A stretch of DNA of 64,000 bases. Source: Perkinsus chesapeaki ATCC PRA-425 (taxonomy: Eukaryota > Protista > Perkinsozoa). Positions 22,900-36,435 of this stretch are shown here, piece after piece. Below the pieces are notes generated by a model. That model made no database searches and had not been told where the DNA came from. It saw only the letters and a program-made list of their open reading frames with translations. The DNA is taken from assembly GCA_013115145.1 (NCBI GenBank), contig JAAPAO010000105.1, positions 1-64,000 on the forward strand, read 5' to 3'. The position numbers were made by a program, and so were the translations under genes. Each line of letters opens with the position of its first letter. Position 1 is the first letter of the stretch.

Positions 22900-24750
22900 A
22901 CTCGTTTTTTGAAAGTGGCTCGTTAGCTGATTGGCCTCAACGACTGCCGGCTACCCTAGGAGAGTAAGACATCGTCATCATTCGTCTGTACTGCATTTCC
23001 TATCAGGCGGCCTCAGGACCGCAATGCCGCCACTCCCCTCGATCGGGGTAACCGACGCCGTAGAATTCGCGGGAAGGATCTTGTACTCAAACGACCTAAA
23101 CCTTTAAAACTACTATCCCATCATGACGAGGAACCAGAGCTGCCTCAACCCGCTGGGTGTATGGTTACGACGATAGAAGCTCCAGGAAGGCTGGTTAATG
23201 AGGAGAATCTCAACAAGATTGATTGCTCGGATGAACTACTAGACGATACCGCCGTTCACACACCCAGTGAGTGCTGCTCGTAATGTACACATCCTTTTCT
23301 TTTGCACTACCTACTCAACGCTGTTTTTGAGCCGTGAAGTTGTTCGGGCTATTCCTTGGATATTTGAGAGTTTATCGATGATTTACTGTGGTTCGACACA
23401 TCTTGCCCATTTGGCGTCAGTCTTCCTTTCGACTGTGATAAGAACGAGTATGACTCGGCTGCGCGGATTGAACCAGCGACCTCGTCCTTCTTTGTCGATC
23501 GCTCCCCCTCTAGGCTAGTTTTCAGGTACGAGTACCGACTCTCCATTATCGAGCAAGGAAGGCGCCATCGCTTGCTCGATGCTAGAGTGCCTGCTCTTCG
23601 AACTATCGTCATCCTCATCAGCTTCCGAGTGTGGTGATGCGGACGAGGTTCTTCTTGACGGTTTTATTTCGGATGATGATGATGATGAATAACACAAGTC
23701 GATTAATGAAATAGACTTATCTGTGCTGCTTCGAGGGGCTTATATCAGTATTATAGAGATTACTACGAGTAGATATCGATTGAATTAGCATCATCATCAT
23801 TACAGTGGTCGTCTAACGACTTGCCTCTGTTGGCCCTTTACGATTGTGTGTAATAGCCATTACCTGAATACAGGTTACCATCAAATTTGCTATAAAACAG
23901 CAGCATTGTGCATATCTATCATTTTAATACTTATTGTGTTGTCTAGTATCCTTCACCCGTTAGAACTCATTCAACTCGCAGGCTTCAACAAAACACCCAA
24001 GTGCTGCTTCAACTAATCCTTGCTTTGCAATTTAATATTTGCAAATCGATTTAATAACAGGGACTTTGCAACTGCCCTACTGCACAGAGGGATTTCTGTA
24101 TTATTAACATAACAACTTAACGATCAACTTAACACAGAGAAACATAAACGGAAATAGCACATGCTCATCATCGTTATCATTTCTTTTGCTTAGTAGACGA
24201 TCCTTCCTTTTTCTGCTTGGTACTGGCAGTTTCGTATCGGAAATTAGCTCTGGCCCAACGACCGTTCTTTCTATCCCAAATCACGCTGAACCTAATTGAA
24301 AGAAAGACGCTAATATTCCGACGACTCTTCCGTGGTGTACTTGTAATATCTAACGCAATTACAAAATAAGTGTTCCAACCACGTCTACACTGAGGAACAT
24401 TTGGCAGGAAGCGCCAGTCCCGTGGAGGAAATAGTAGACTGCAATTCTATACAGGAGCTTGCGCATTTTCCCTCATACATATTAAAATAACATAGTTACT
24501 GGTATGATAAATATAAACAGCAGTCCTACATAACCTACTTATATTGTCCATCTACAAATACACCATAAACCCGCCCCCGATCGCCGTATGTCATGAAGTA
24601 CTCCTCCAACGGTTGACCAGACTTGTACGCGAATTCGATACGATTACCGAAGGCATGATAGCTGCTCTGTAACCTGACAAAAACACTGGTGACAATGCAT
24701 AATAATAAAAGACCCGGTGGAGGCAGTAAGTGAAGGCGCCTTGATAACAT
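22900..24750 (-). CDS. hypothetical multi-exon membrane/secreted protein
   Basis: First exon MLSRRLHLLPPPGLLLLCIVTSVFVRL...DGQYK|gt, followed by Ser/acidic-rich coding blocks near 23500-23700. 3' end approximate. Confidence 0.35.
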
Positions 24751-24928
24751 TTCGATTGAGATACACAGGAAGAAAGAGGATCTTTTTCGCTAATGCCCTT
24801 ACCTTGGCGGCTTTATGTTCTTTCCATCAGACTTCATCCGTGATGCCAGTTTAACTTCTCGGCCTTTCACTTTAGACATATCGAGTAGACCAGATTTTCC
24901 CTCTGAAACTGTTCGTGCTGGTTCACTT

Positions 24929-26618
24929 TTACTCCGCTTCACCTTCGTCTTTCATTTCTTCCTCCTCCTCCTCCTCCTCCCCGTCTTTGTTATCTCTATC
25001 GTTTACAAACCGATCGCTCCTGGTGGCCTCCTCCGATCTTGTGCCGTTCTTTGGCCGAACACCCAGCGCCATCAATTCGCGAACGGCCGAGACAAGATCG
25101 CCTTTCTCGAAGCAAAGCTCTGCCTAAGCAACAGGGAGACAAAAACTATTCTTTAGAAGGAAAGTGGAAGAGTTGAAATGGCAGAATGCCGTGAACTCGA
25201 GGCGCCACCGCCGATGGATCAGTAGTGTGACCGTAAGGTAAATCGTACATGTAACGAGGTGGAACAAAAAGTCTATAAATTTTCCGTCTCTTCACAACCG
25301 TATCCATCCCTGTTTTCTCACCTTGCTGGCCATATCGCTGTCCAACAACCATTGTTTAAGTTCTGCAGCGGACCAGGATGATACCGCTTCCAGCTCTTCC
25401 TCGGTCGGTGGGACACTCTTGGTATCGTTTGATGACGGCTCTGCTAATTAAATGGCGCGACAAACTAAACGAATGGAAGCTCACCGCTCTCAGCGTTGGC
25501 CCGGTTTGGTATTGTCAATTTCATGTCGGAGAGTATCTCGTATCTGTAAGACAACACTAGACACTTCAAGGGTACAGCCCACAGCTCACGACAGTAAGGC
25601 TTCGGCGCGTTATATATTGACAAGTATCTCGCGCTTTCCATTTGGCGTCTATCGTTTTCATATTCTGCCCTGTTCCAGGGCCAGCAACAGTACTTCCAAT
25701 CGTGGACATCGATACCCTATCTGCTACGAGCCTAGTAATTTCCAATAATCCTTACGTTAATATCGACACTACCGAAAAGCTGATGATAATTTTCCCAATG
25801 AATCAGTGCTTATCATCCTCTTACTGTTATTCACGCGTATCATCATTTTTATAAGAATATCCATTCTCCACAATGTGTCCTGCTATTGTTCATCAATACA
25901 CTGATTCTCCCACCCTCGAGTATCGACCCTACCTGTGCTTCCGGTCATTAAAAACAAACCAAGGTTCAGCGCTGTTGGCCAATTCGAAAGCGTCCGAGCA
26001 ATCAGGGTCATCCAGGAAAGCATAACATAAATTAGTATCTCGCAGTTGAGAATGGAGCTTCCAGTCATTGAACCTGCGCGGGTTCAGTAGAATACGATAT
26101 GGCACTTTGAACAGTGGCCGCTACCTCGACACCAAAAACACCCCGCTTTCAGATACTACTCACCACTACGCATAATCGAGATCGGAACAAGAAAATGTCA
26201 TTTCCCCAGTTGATGAATGCGCGATAGCTGTGTCGTTTGAGATATATAAATGGTTAAACGAAATTCCCGCCCAAGTTATCAGAAAATTTCTGTGCCGAAT
26301 TCCCAAAAATTGCCAATTTCGGTGGCCAACCCTCAAAATTTCTGCACTCAACAGATACTCCAGTTTTCTTTTCACCAACTCACCTCTCAGAGTAGTATAG
26401 GAACACAGGCCATCGATCATTGCCAGATATCCTTCTATAGGCAGGTCGGCCATTAAAAAGGCCAATACGTTTATATGTACCTTAACACTACAACTGTCAC
26501 CAGGGCTACTTCCACAATTCTTACCATTTAATAGACCGGAGTGGTATGTATGCGCTGTAAAAATATCAACTATCGATCGACCAGCAGTAGTCTTGGGCTT
26601 ACGATCTCGAGGATTCAT
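24929..26618 (-). CDS. hypothetical multi-exon protein with acidic C-terminus
   Basis: ORF 26166-26618, internal exon RFNDWKLHSQLRDTNLCYAFLDD.., and terminal exon AELCFEKGDL...GEEEEEEEMKDEGEAE*. Confidence 0.45.
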
Positions 26619-26975
26619 GTTCTGGATAGGAACGATGTTAAGTTAAATTATGAAAACGTTTTTATCCCAGCAAGAAGCACGGTAGTTGGAAAATAAACTT
26701 CATCAGAGCAGGAGTTATTATCGAATTGAGTATCATCGTATTAGACTGTCGAGATTCCGACTGTTGTACTACGACATTATAACATTCATCATATGAATGC
26801 AACAATGAAATACAATCACTTGGACAGGGAAATGACGATTTTGATCACCAAAGTTTGGTGTAATCGCAAAGTAAGGCCCATTTCTCTATTTCTCATCTGG
26901 GAGTATCGGACCCGAATTCGGACGAAGCTTCGACGAACACAAAATCTCAACGAATCAATCCTGACGCGGAAATCC

Positions 26976-28245
26976 TTAGTTAGGCAGGTGGTGGCCCTAA
27001 AATTCAGAGTTCCAGGGATAGTGTGATTCAGCGACAATACACCCCAACACCGGTGACCACCCACCTCATCCGTGTATCTAGCATATGCCCTCCGAGTACT
27101 GTCACGCTCTCTTCTCCGCTCTCGTGGACTGTTATTTTTACGACGCTCAAATCTAGAAATAATTCACTATTAAAGAGCAATGACAGCTGCTCACATGCGT
27201 TCCTCATCACTCTCATCATAGTAATCTTCCTCATCTGTATCTGACTGGTACTGCGCCCATTTATTATTTCCTTGCCGACGTTGAGTTCTTTTGAATCTAA
27301 ATGGAAGAACAGAGATTAGTGAAGGAAAAGTGGTGCGCCACGACGATGGAAAATTTCATTGCATTTTTTTAAAGAAAAATTCAAGATTTCTTTATGGAAA
27401 ATTTCGATGAATCTCCTTAATATTTAGAGAAAAAAACCCGTTTTTTTCCTGGAAAAATCCCGGAAATTTCTTCAAAAGGTTCAAATTTTTAAAAAATTTC
27501 TGTCATGACGCAGCCCTATACCACGCTCGACTTACTTGCTCCAAGCCTTCTCAAACTCCCTCTCATCGAACGCGAAGTCCTCCCCTTTCGGTCGTCCTGT
27601 TGACCACCACCAAGTTGTACCGCCAAACCCACCCGAACCGAAACCACCATTGCCATTAGTCGAAGAAGTCGAAGACGACGACGAAGACCTGCTGACAATT
27701 TCGTGGCGCGCGGTTTTCGCTCGACGGGCTTATTACGTATTGTAGTTCGGCTTTGCCGTCGACGCGGCTCCACCGTCTTTCTTCTCTTTATTAATATGTT
27801 CGTAGGCTTGTTGTACCTGATCTTGGCAATGACGGATGGAGGAGGCGCAGGAAGAAGCAGTTCTTGGACAACTTATTCACCTGCTTTGACCAGCACAACA
27901 ATAACGCGTTTTGTCGATAGACTAAAGTTCTGTACTTCAAGTCTTCAGTCTACTTCAGTAGCTATTTCCAGGTTTAAAGAACGACGTTAATAAGTTCGAC
28001 TTGCCGCCCAGCGAACTCACTCTGACAAACTTATCATGATTCCCTCCAGCGTCCGGATGATGCTGCTTGACGGCCTTCAAGTACGCCGCTCTGACCTCCT
28101 TATCAGAGGAGTGCTGGTGAACTCCTAGTTCCGCATAGCTGTCAAATCGGGGCGCAGCACTGAAGTGCCTTCGACGCGGAGCTAACTTGTACGGAGAGGC
28201 TCTTGGAAAAGGTCGACTTATTTTACAGCAGCCATGAGAAAGCAT
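26976..28245 (-). CDS. DnaJ/J-domain protein with an N-terminal transit-like peptide
   Basis: YAELGV...EVRAAYLKAVKQHHPDAGG..KFVR|VQQAYEHI carries the HPD motif. Gly/Phe-rich and acidic exons follow. 3' end approximate. Confidence 0.8.
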
Positions 28246-28604
28246 TCGCAAAGTACGAAGAAAGCTCAGCTACATGAGAAGGCGTAGAAATCCGAAGAAG
28301 TAAAGGAAGCTGGCGAGCAGATTGTCAATCCGAAGCTCATTTGAAGGAAAGATTCGAGTGAAGATTGTGCAACTGTCTCCCTCCTGGCATTGAGCTAACT
28401 CTAAGTCGAAGACCATTAACAGGAAGCGTTCGAAACGCTCAACTTCAGATTCCCTTTTTGTATAGTCTAGAAATAGCGCTACCAATACAGATACGCGAAC
28501 TCCGAGCTCGAGACTCGTCCGTGGTCGCGGTAAAATGACCTCTTTGTGATATATACTCATTAAGCCGCGGAAATAGGAATCAGCAAAAACTGATAGAAAA
28601 ATCG

Positions 28605-30250
28605 TCAAATCATCGACCACACCCTTGCGGTGGTGGACTTTCGACTGACAACATGCCGACACAGAGGACAGGACCCGTCCTTTCGCAACCAAGCTGTTAT
28701 GCAATCCTGGTGGTAAATATGGCCGCAGACGAGGCGAGTGACGCTTTTATCAGGGGAGCCTTCGGGAGCATTGCTGTAGCCTTCAAGACAGATTGCACAC
28801 TCAACATCATTGGGGACCTACAAAAATGCACTGAAGGCAGCCGAGTTCCCCCGCTAGGGCGAAATGATCAACTTGAGCAGATCAAACCCGATAGTGTACC
28901 CACAAATCTGTTTCACAAATTGCCGAGCTTCATCACTTCAACTATTAGAATTTGAAATGTTTAAGCATCTTAAATTACCCAACGCGGGAAGATTCATCCA
29001 ACTCGACCCCACAGTAGGGGTGAACTCTAGCAGCTCGAATGGCTCACTTCAAATGTTGTATGGGAGCGCAGCTCTTCGATATTATGCAGGGATGCCTTGC
29101 TGACGGAACTTATGGAATGCTGAACAGACAGTCAAATAATAATACCAGAATAATCGTAAGTCTGGTCCAGCTAACATTCAACACGCAAGTCATTCCGGTT
29201 TGCCGCTATTTTTGTTCCTTTTCGAACCACGGACTGCGATCTGCCGGGAATATATATCCCATAAATTCCCGATACTCACAATGATCTCTATACCGCTCGC
29301 TCGTGTGGAATCTGTTCCAGTAGGAGAGGGACCGATCTAAAAGGCACTTTGATGCCGATGTGTCGGAATGACTTCTACCTCTAAATCTTGGATGTTTTGT
29401 TCAGCATAACGCCTAGCTGAAGGAGCGGCAGGGGAAGTCGCGGAGTTAACTTCACCTGAGTTCGCGATACATAATAAATACATCATGATGAAAATTGGAA
29501 ATTTAATATATCATGTTAATAGAGAATTTCAATTAGAAATCTGATATATAGTAGCGGATAGGAATATAATGTAAATAATAACCGTGGTATTATATATAGT
29601 AAAGAATAGGCAATATAATGTAAATAATAACCGTGGTATTATATATAGTAAAGGAAAGGCAATATAATGTAAATAATAACCGTGGTATTATATATAGTAA
29701 AGGAAAGGCAATATAATGTATTAAACTGGAGTGGAGCTTCTAGTGTATAATAGTAGATAAAAGGTTGAATTAAAACCTTCTGTAGTATGAGCATGCGCTC
29801 CTTTGGTACATTTCAGACCAAGTCTGAAATCTTATTTCAGAAAAAAATTTAGTCTCAAATTTAGTTTTTTTTAAATCTCAGTCTCAACTGAGCGAAATGT
29901 ATTTACCTAATCTAAGATTGAGTCTAGGCCTGCCTCGACCCTCATAAGCCTTTCTCCTTGTAAATAAGTACAGTGCTAGTAATAATCCAACAGGAATTAA
30001 CAATAAAAGGTATATAGCTGGTGTAACAACCATTACAGACAATTCTGATAGAAAAATAGTAAAAATAGAAGTGTTGTGATCCACCCATGTGCTCGCCTAT
30101 TGCTCGCCAGCCTATTGAGCTGAAACTCTGCATAGGAATTTTCAGGCCAGTAGAAAAAATCTCGTGCATGACCACGAAAGAAAGTAAACTCCGTCGTGGC
30201 AAATCAAATTACTCGACTCAGTTAAGTGGAAGAAATGCCTCTCTTCTTTC
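28605..30250 (-). CDS. transmembrane RING-H2 E3 ubiquitin ligase
   Basis: Last exon (28605-28817) CAICLEGY...CGHIYHQDCITAWLRKDGSCPLCR is a C3H2C3 RING. A probable TM exon lies at about 29900-30050. The 5' extent and the link between TM and RING exons are inferred. Confidence 0.75.
29563..29720 (+). repeat. 49-bp tandem repeat, about 3.2 copies
   Basis: Unit aatataatgtaaataataaccgtggtattatatatagtaaaggaaaggc starts at 29563, 29612, 29661 and (partial) 29710. Confidence 0.95.
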
Positions 30251-30801
30251 ACTGCGTACACTACCTATCTTTATGTCAGGCATTCATTATGAACTGCAGA
30301 TTGGCACAACAGCAGTACAGCACCAGCTAGTAACCATGAAGCTCACAGTTCTACATGGTAATATCGATAATTAGCCTTATCATTCTTTATACTACTTATG
30401 CCTCCGCCAGTATTGAGAACACCAAAATACTCAAACTGTAGAAACGTACAATAAATCACCACTTCCATTTATCGATTGGTGGAAAGGCATTCTGCTTGGA
30501 GAACACGAACTTGTTGTGTTCGTATGACAGATAACCCTGAAATAAGGCGGCATTCATTCGATTTCAACACAGACAGACGTGGACAAGAGTTTGGTAAGTG
30601 GGTTTGCTAACATCCTTGCGAAGTCTCATATCGGGATGAACAAGATAATAGTATTGTAATCCTCAATGACAGGAATGAGGGCACTTTACGATTATGAAGG
30701 GGTTCATGCACTTCCGAGCTAAACGCGAGCGAGGCAAGGTTAATGTTGGAATCTTTGCTGCATCCAAAAAAACATACTTCTTTCAACTGAGGTACTTCAA
30801 G

Positions 30802-33800
30802 TTACCCATACGCTGCCGGGCGGGATGAGTATGGCGAATCCTTTGATTCGTAAACAATCCCACTGGGACTGTCCCAGCTCCACATAAGCGTCGGTGAGGC
30901 CCTCTGATGTCTACAGTGTACTATCATTCTTGAAGCCACATAATCCCGGCTATATACTTGTGAACTATTTAACGTACAAGATAAAAGCGTGCTATTCACA
31001 AGGCAAACTATTTCAGGTGAAGAAGGGAATGACTATAATTTGAAATAACAGTGTCTTCCTACAGCGCTCCTCCCACAGACAGCATAGACAATATACAACG
31101 GAAATTGTAACTTACTATCATCCATGCGGCGGCTTATTAGTAGTAAGTGTCAATACAATGCAATTATTTACAATGATATTATCTTATGTCATATTCGCTT
31201 GGAAGCACAAGTCCATATAGAGTATAATATATAGACCCAAATGAGCGGTCCTTTCGAATGGTATAAGTACCGGGTCCTAGCTCGTTCGCAATAAGAAGTT
31301 ACGTGGGTGGGCCCTAGCTAAATGCACACCCTGTTTGAGGAGGATATTCAATCGACTTATTACCGATGACTTCTTATTCCCTTACCTTGATCGCCTGTAT
31401 ATATATTAGCCCAGCTAGTGAGCATTGCACCTCGTCACTATCTGGACAGTGTACTTGATGCTCCTCACTCTCAACACTCATCGGTGAGCTACTAGCAATA
31501 CTCACACTAGAAGACTCGACAATCTCAGGGGGCTTAGATGACGCAACTTGCCAGGCTGAAAGAGGCATGTCTCTCGGCCGTCAATCCATGAGTTCGTTGC
31601 GATGAGCCGTCGAGTAGTTCGCATTCTGCGGACTACATAAAATCGAAGACGCTTCAATTTTAGAAGTATCGATGCAAAACAAATCAACGTACTGATTGGA
31701 GCGTGAAGCAGGGGCGCTTAATCGACATTTATAGTACGAAGGCCGGCCCTCATGGTGCATTTCAGCACTAAGCAGTAATTAGGAATCAACGTACACCAAG
31801 AACATATAGAGAACATCTACATTTGTATCATCAGTATATAGGATTTATGCAAGATTTACGTTTATGACAAAATGGAGTTTTCATTCGACTGGTAAGTTAG
31901 TAGACTTCAGTTTAAGCAACTCAATGAAATTATCAGCAGCGATCCTATAGATAATCCATCTCCGCGTTGTTGATATTTCGTGATGAAGTATGTATCTTTG
32001 CTTCTCCCAGCTCACCAGTATCAAAATAATCCAGGTCCATTTTGTATCCACATGATGCAGGATCAACCGTCAAGTACACTCGCTTTGCCAGGTTTCTGTA
32101 TAACACCAACTAACAGAAAGAACATCGTCCTCCTAGCTCAGTTGGTTATAATGCTATTTCAATAAGCAACAGACCCTAGTTCGAACACCGCCTACAGACT
32201 CACCAGCAACTTCTCCATCACCATATAGGTGCCGGCCTTCACATACTCATCGGTGTTGTGCTCCAAACAAATCTGATATCTGAAATAGCATCCACAGTAC
32301 GAGCAGAACGAAGTTATTCTGTCCTTCATGAGAGACGGGCAGAGAAAGGATATACATACGACTTGCGAGGACACCAAATAAATAATAGATATCATGGAGC
32401 AAAGATAGCTCGTTTCAAACCGTCTTTTTCGGGCAGTCCCAAATTCTCACGGAATGGAGCGAGGGGGTGCAGGCTGTGCTTAAGGGTTAAGATCTCAGTT
32501 TCTGTCGAATGCGTACAACGGAACGCCCTATGATGCTGCTAAATATATCAGTGGCTTCATACAAATGTGGAATGTCCGCAATGATGCTACGCGTTTGAGG
32601 CACAGAGTTGCGAGATATTAGATATAAAACACCTTTCATTTGCTAAACGATTCACATCCATCGAAAACCGCAAGTACAAAGCATGATCTCAATCCAGGAT
32701 AGTCGCAAGTTCGAATCCCAGCAAAGGCGTTTTTACTCTCTAATATTTCCAACTCGAACAGCATGCAATATTCGTCCGTACTCATTCTCCAAACCATACT
32801 CTCTAAGCATACTCCTCTTCGGCAAAAAACCGCGCGCCAATAAATTACACGGTATCAAATACTGCGCAATTCGTCTCCTGTTATGATTGTGTTCTTCACA
32901 GCAATTATCAAGCGCCCAGTTTAATCGCTCCGCAGCCTCCCCGAATCTCTGCTCCGTCACAAGATATTTCCCCCAATGGAAATAAAGAGTAACAGCAACA
33001 GACTTGGGGAGCGCCGTCGGAGTGAAATACGCCTTATACTGCTGCTCTACAGCGGCAAGAATCGGGCCACAAAGTGCAACTTGGTCGAGCCTTTGGAACA
33101 ATCGAAGCAGCTCGCTCGATAACCAACATGCTCCCGTCATTTTCCTCCGCCGCTCTTTCAAGAGCTTCGGGAATAGTTCTCGAGCCACCTCGACGAGCTT
33201 CATGCACCATCGGTCCTGGTCACTGGCGTTGTCCATGTAGATAGCAAGGTGACGAGTCTGGGATGTTATCTCGATAAAGGGAGGGACAAACCACGCAAAG
33301 GAGTCGCCCGAGGTGAAGTAGACATCATGGAGCTCCTCAGACGTCTGAAAAAACCATTGGCTTTAATGATTGGAGTACAGCGGTTGCCAGTGACGCTTAG
33401 AAAGACAGGTCAGGAATATTATCTTCGTTTCAGATCTTAGGTGACCCGATTTCGGATGATGTAGAAACCGCCGCAAGATACTCAATATTAATCAGGCACA
33501 CGTTGCATGTTCTTCTATATTCTCTTAAAGTATACACGTACTAGAATTACACAGCTCAACAGAATGCGCCGCACGGTGAAGAGTACTGCTAAAATGATAA
33601 CGAGCTATTAATACCACATTTCCACCAAATCATGCCCTCACCACATGCCTTACCTCCTCTACACTAGAAAGCAGTTCGCTATTGACATATAGTTCCGTAT
33701 AGGCTCGCTCAGCTGTTACCAAATGTTCTAGGGCAAGTGCCTGACAGAAGACATATACAAATAGTATACGATTAACCATCGAGAAGCATCTGATCCATTG

Positions 33801-34659
33801 AGTGGCCAGCCTAAGAGATTCTGATATCCCTCCTCCCTAGACCTTCCTCGCAGCCAGCTTCCCCTAATTCATTTCAGCGACAGTTTTGATGAAGCGATGC
33901 CTCAATTTCAGCACCTTAGTCACGAAACAGTCCCCAGGGAGTACAAGGTTAACCACTCACGCTTGTTTCTCGTTAAGCTCCATCACAAGTGTTGATTTTC
34001 TGCTCAAAAAGTTTACGGGGCCTCACCGCAGAAGACGAGTTTCACCATGCCGAAGGTCTATATGTCATTCGCTGCCATATTTTTGTCAGGTGCCAAGAAG
34101 TAAAGCTTCATGCTTCTCGCATTACCCAATCATGATTCCTTCGAGCCTTTAAATGCAATATGTAGGCCTGTACGAACTTTGACCACATTCCCATCTGTGC
34201 ACCTTGCTTGATAAACGTTAAGTTGACCACGCCTTGGATACCAGAGTCAGCACGGTTCAGACAATCGTTAAAACCTGACAAAGTAGCCCTCATCTCTACC
34301 ATAGTTTGCCCGTCTAATTCCAATACAAGCAAATGTCTTCGGTTATTATCAACCTCGGTCTGGAAATTACACATACGCGGTCGCCTACATGAGTTAGGGG
34401 GAAAATTAAAATGTCGGACATAGTGTAAGTGTACTATTCTTGTTCCTTTACTCCGCTTGATTGCCGAACCACAGCAGCAGTGCAATTCGATTCAAGATCG
34501 ACACAAAGCGGCTGTCTCCCTGTGCGTACATAGTCTCTCATGTGCCTTTGCTAAATGCTTTCTTATAGCAGGACCATCCTCGAGTTTAACCAATGAAACT
34601 AGTTCTTCACACCAGTCGTAAAGGTCATCATTAACTTCCTTCGACTTAGTTGGTGCCAT
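30802..34659 (-). CDS. PCID2: PCI-domain protein PCID2/Thp1/Csn12 (TREX-2 subunit)
   Basis: Exons VAVTLYFHWGKY...NRRRIAQYLIPCNL...GNIRE|YQICLEH..AGTYMVMEKLL|LVLYRNLAKRVY|..DEVQCSLAGLIYIQAIK follow the PCID2 motif order. 3' end uncertain. Confidence 0.8.
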
Positions 34660-34799
34660 AGAACAAATAAGCTGCACATGAACTTGATAAAACGAAATCC
34701 CGCACAATTCAATGGCTTTTTGGACCCTTCCGCGATGACATCTCACGGCTCGACTCGGGAAGAACGGAAGCGTTCTCCTCAGACATTGACAATAAAAAA

Positions 34800-35600
34800 C
34801 AAGTGTTCAACAGAGCAGCGCGGTGAAGTGGGAATTTCCTGACCTCATTTTAAATAGCTATTGCCCAGAAATAAACCGACATTCTCCAGATGGGTGTTTG
34901 AAAGATGTTGAAACGCAGGTCTGCCAGATACGTCACAATGAAGAACGAAGACTTGGCCTGCTTCGCCGCTAATCTCAATTATTGTTTTCACGCTCCATTA
35001 ATACCCCGCCAATCTCGCAAATTGCACCCTCTGATGATGAGAGTTGCCGAGCTAATGACTGAGAGGTCTGCATGGTGATAGGGACTACTATTTCGTTTGC
35101 GACTTCATCAGATTGTCCATCAGTGTCATTTGTACGACGAACAGCTCTTGCTCCAGACGAACAGAGGCAAACTGCTACAGTTGACACCGATGCCGACGTC
35201 ACCTCTTTCATACGGAAGAAATAGCTCATCTTGGAAAATGCGAAAATCTATTTCATGGTTGCTACGAGCGTTTGCTTTCATATCCTGAAGAGTCCAACAT
35301 CGTAAATGTTAAGTTCATGATCGGAAGGTCATACTTTCAACGTCTACTGGGGCATTTTCCTGTCTTCAGGGGCTCAGCATCTTCATGCTACTGAACACCG
35401 CATTCGGCCTTATGATAAGGCCCTGTAGAATAGATTTTCTTCGTTGGAAAGTCGATCCCTCGCTTTGCTCGGCCTAGGCTCTTTGAAATCCCCAAAGCTT
35501 CCGACTGTCATCATAAGGGTCTTACCGAGCAGCTCCCAAACGATGCCTCGAAGCCTTTTAGTGGTAAAAAGGGATCAAAAGTTGAAATAAGAGTTGCCGA
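34800..35600 (-). CDS. possible hypothetical multi-exon gene
   Basis: Coding-like block 34975-35229 with nearby splice-like boundaries. No domain recognised. Confidence 0.25.
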
Positions 35601-36435
35601 CAACTTAGCTAGCTGATGCTAAAAAAGTCCCTCATGAAGGCGGCAACGCTCTCCCCTCCTCCCTATCCTCAATTACAACCTTCTTCCTACTCATGGGGTG
35701 TCAATAAGCCAGCCAGCGTAGAAAGCAAGACTGAGCTGAAGGTATTACGGGGGCACGAACAGACCGTAAAACTAATTTTCCACGAAAATATCACTTTTCT
35801 TGAGGGCACCGAGGGCATCGCTGTCTACATTGCTGAATATTATTCACAATCGTTCCTTGCGTGTAAGGAATTCGCACGGTGATATAAAGCAAATTTCGCC
35901 CGCCTCTAGGGCACGAACCGTTTCGTATTCGAACTTGTACTTTTAGTGTGTATTATTACGTTTTAAGCTTGTCGCCCCCCAAATTTCAGAACAAAACTCC
36001 TAAATATGGCTAAAAAATGAAATTTCGCGATTTGCCTAAAGAAATTGCGCGGTCCCTAGTAAGGCTATTTTCAACAGACACTGCTAAACAGCTGCGCATT
36101 TAGTGACATTTTCAGAGGAAATTCAGTGATTCGTGTCACTGTGACACGGTCAGGCCGCCCGACCCTGGCGATGCCAATCATTGTGTCAACAAACTTAGAT
36201 AACTGTTGGCCTAGGAGTTATCCAAGACTTATCCTAAGAGTCTTAGGCTATTGGTAGAACGCAAGATACTCATGACTGCCGACGATGACGGCCCATACAG
36301 ATATAATATCTGAGATATTGCGGTAACAATTAACAACTTGGCTTTTCTCCCTGGTGGTGCTTCTGTCAGCTATCATAGCTGAGCTATAGGTCTAGGAGAT
36401 ACCGGAAAGACAGCAAGATATGGAGATTTGGGCTA

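Noticed and set aside
24815-25156. Plus-strand hydrophobic ORF (113 aa)
   Set aside because: It is the antisense shadow of a poly-Glu minus-strand terminal exon.
28270-28704. 144-aa minus-strand ORF
   Set aside because: It overlaps the RING exon in another frame and runs through its 3' flank into the DnaJ upstream region. No independent support.
29563-29720. CRISPR-like array
   Set aside because: Units are contiguous with no unique spacers, there are no cas genes, and the context is eukaryotic. It is a plain tandem repeat.
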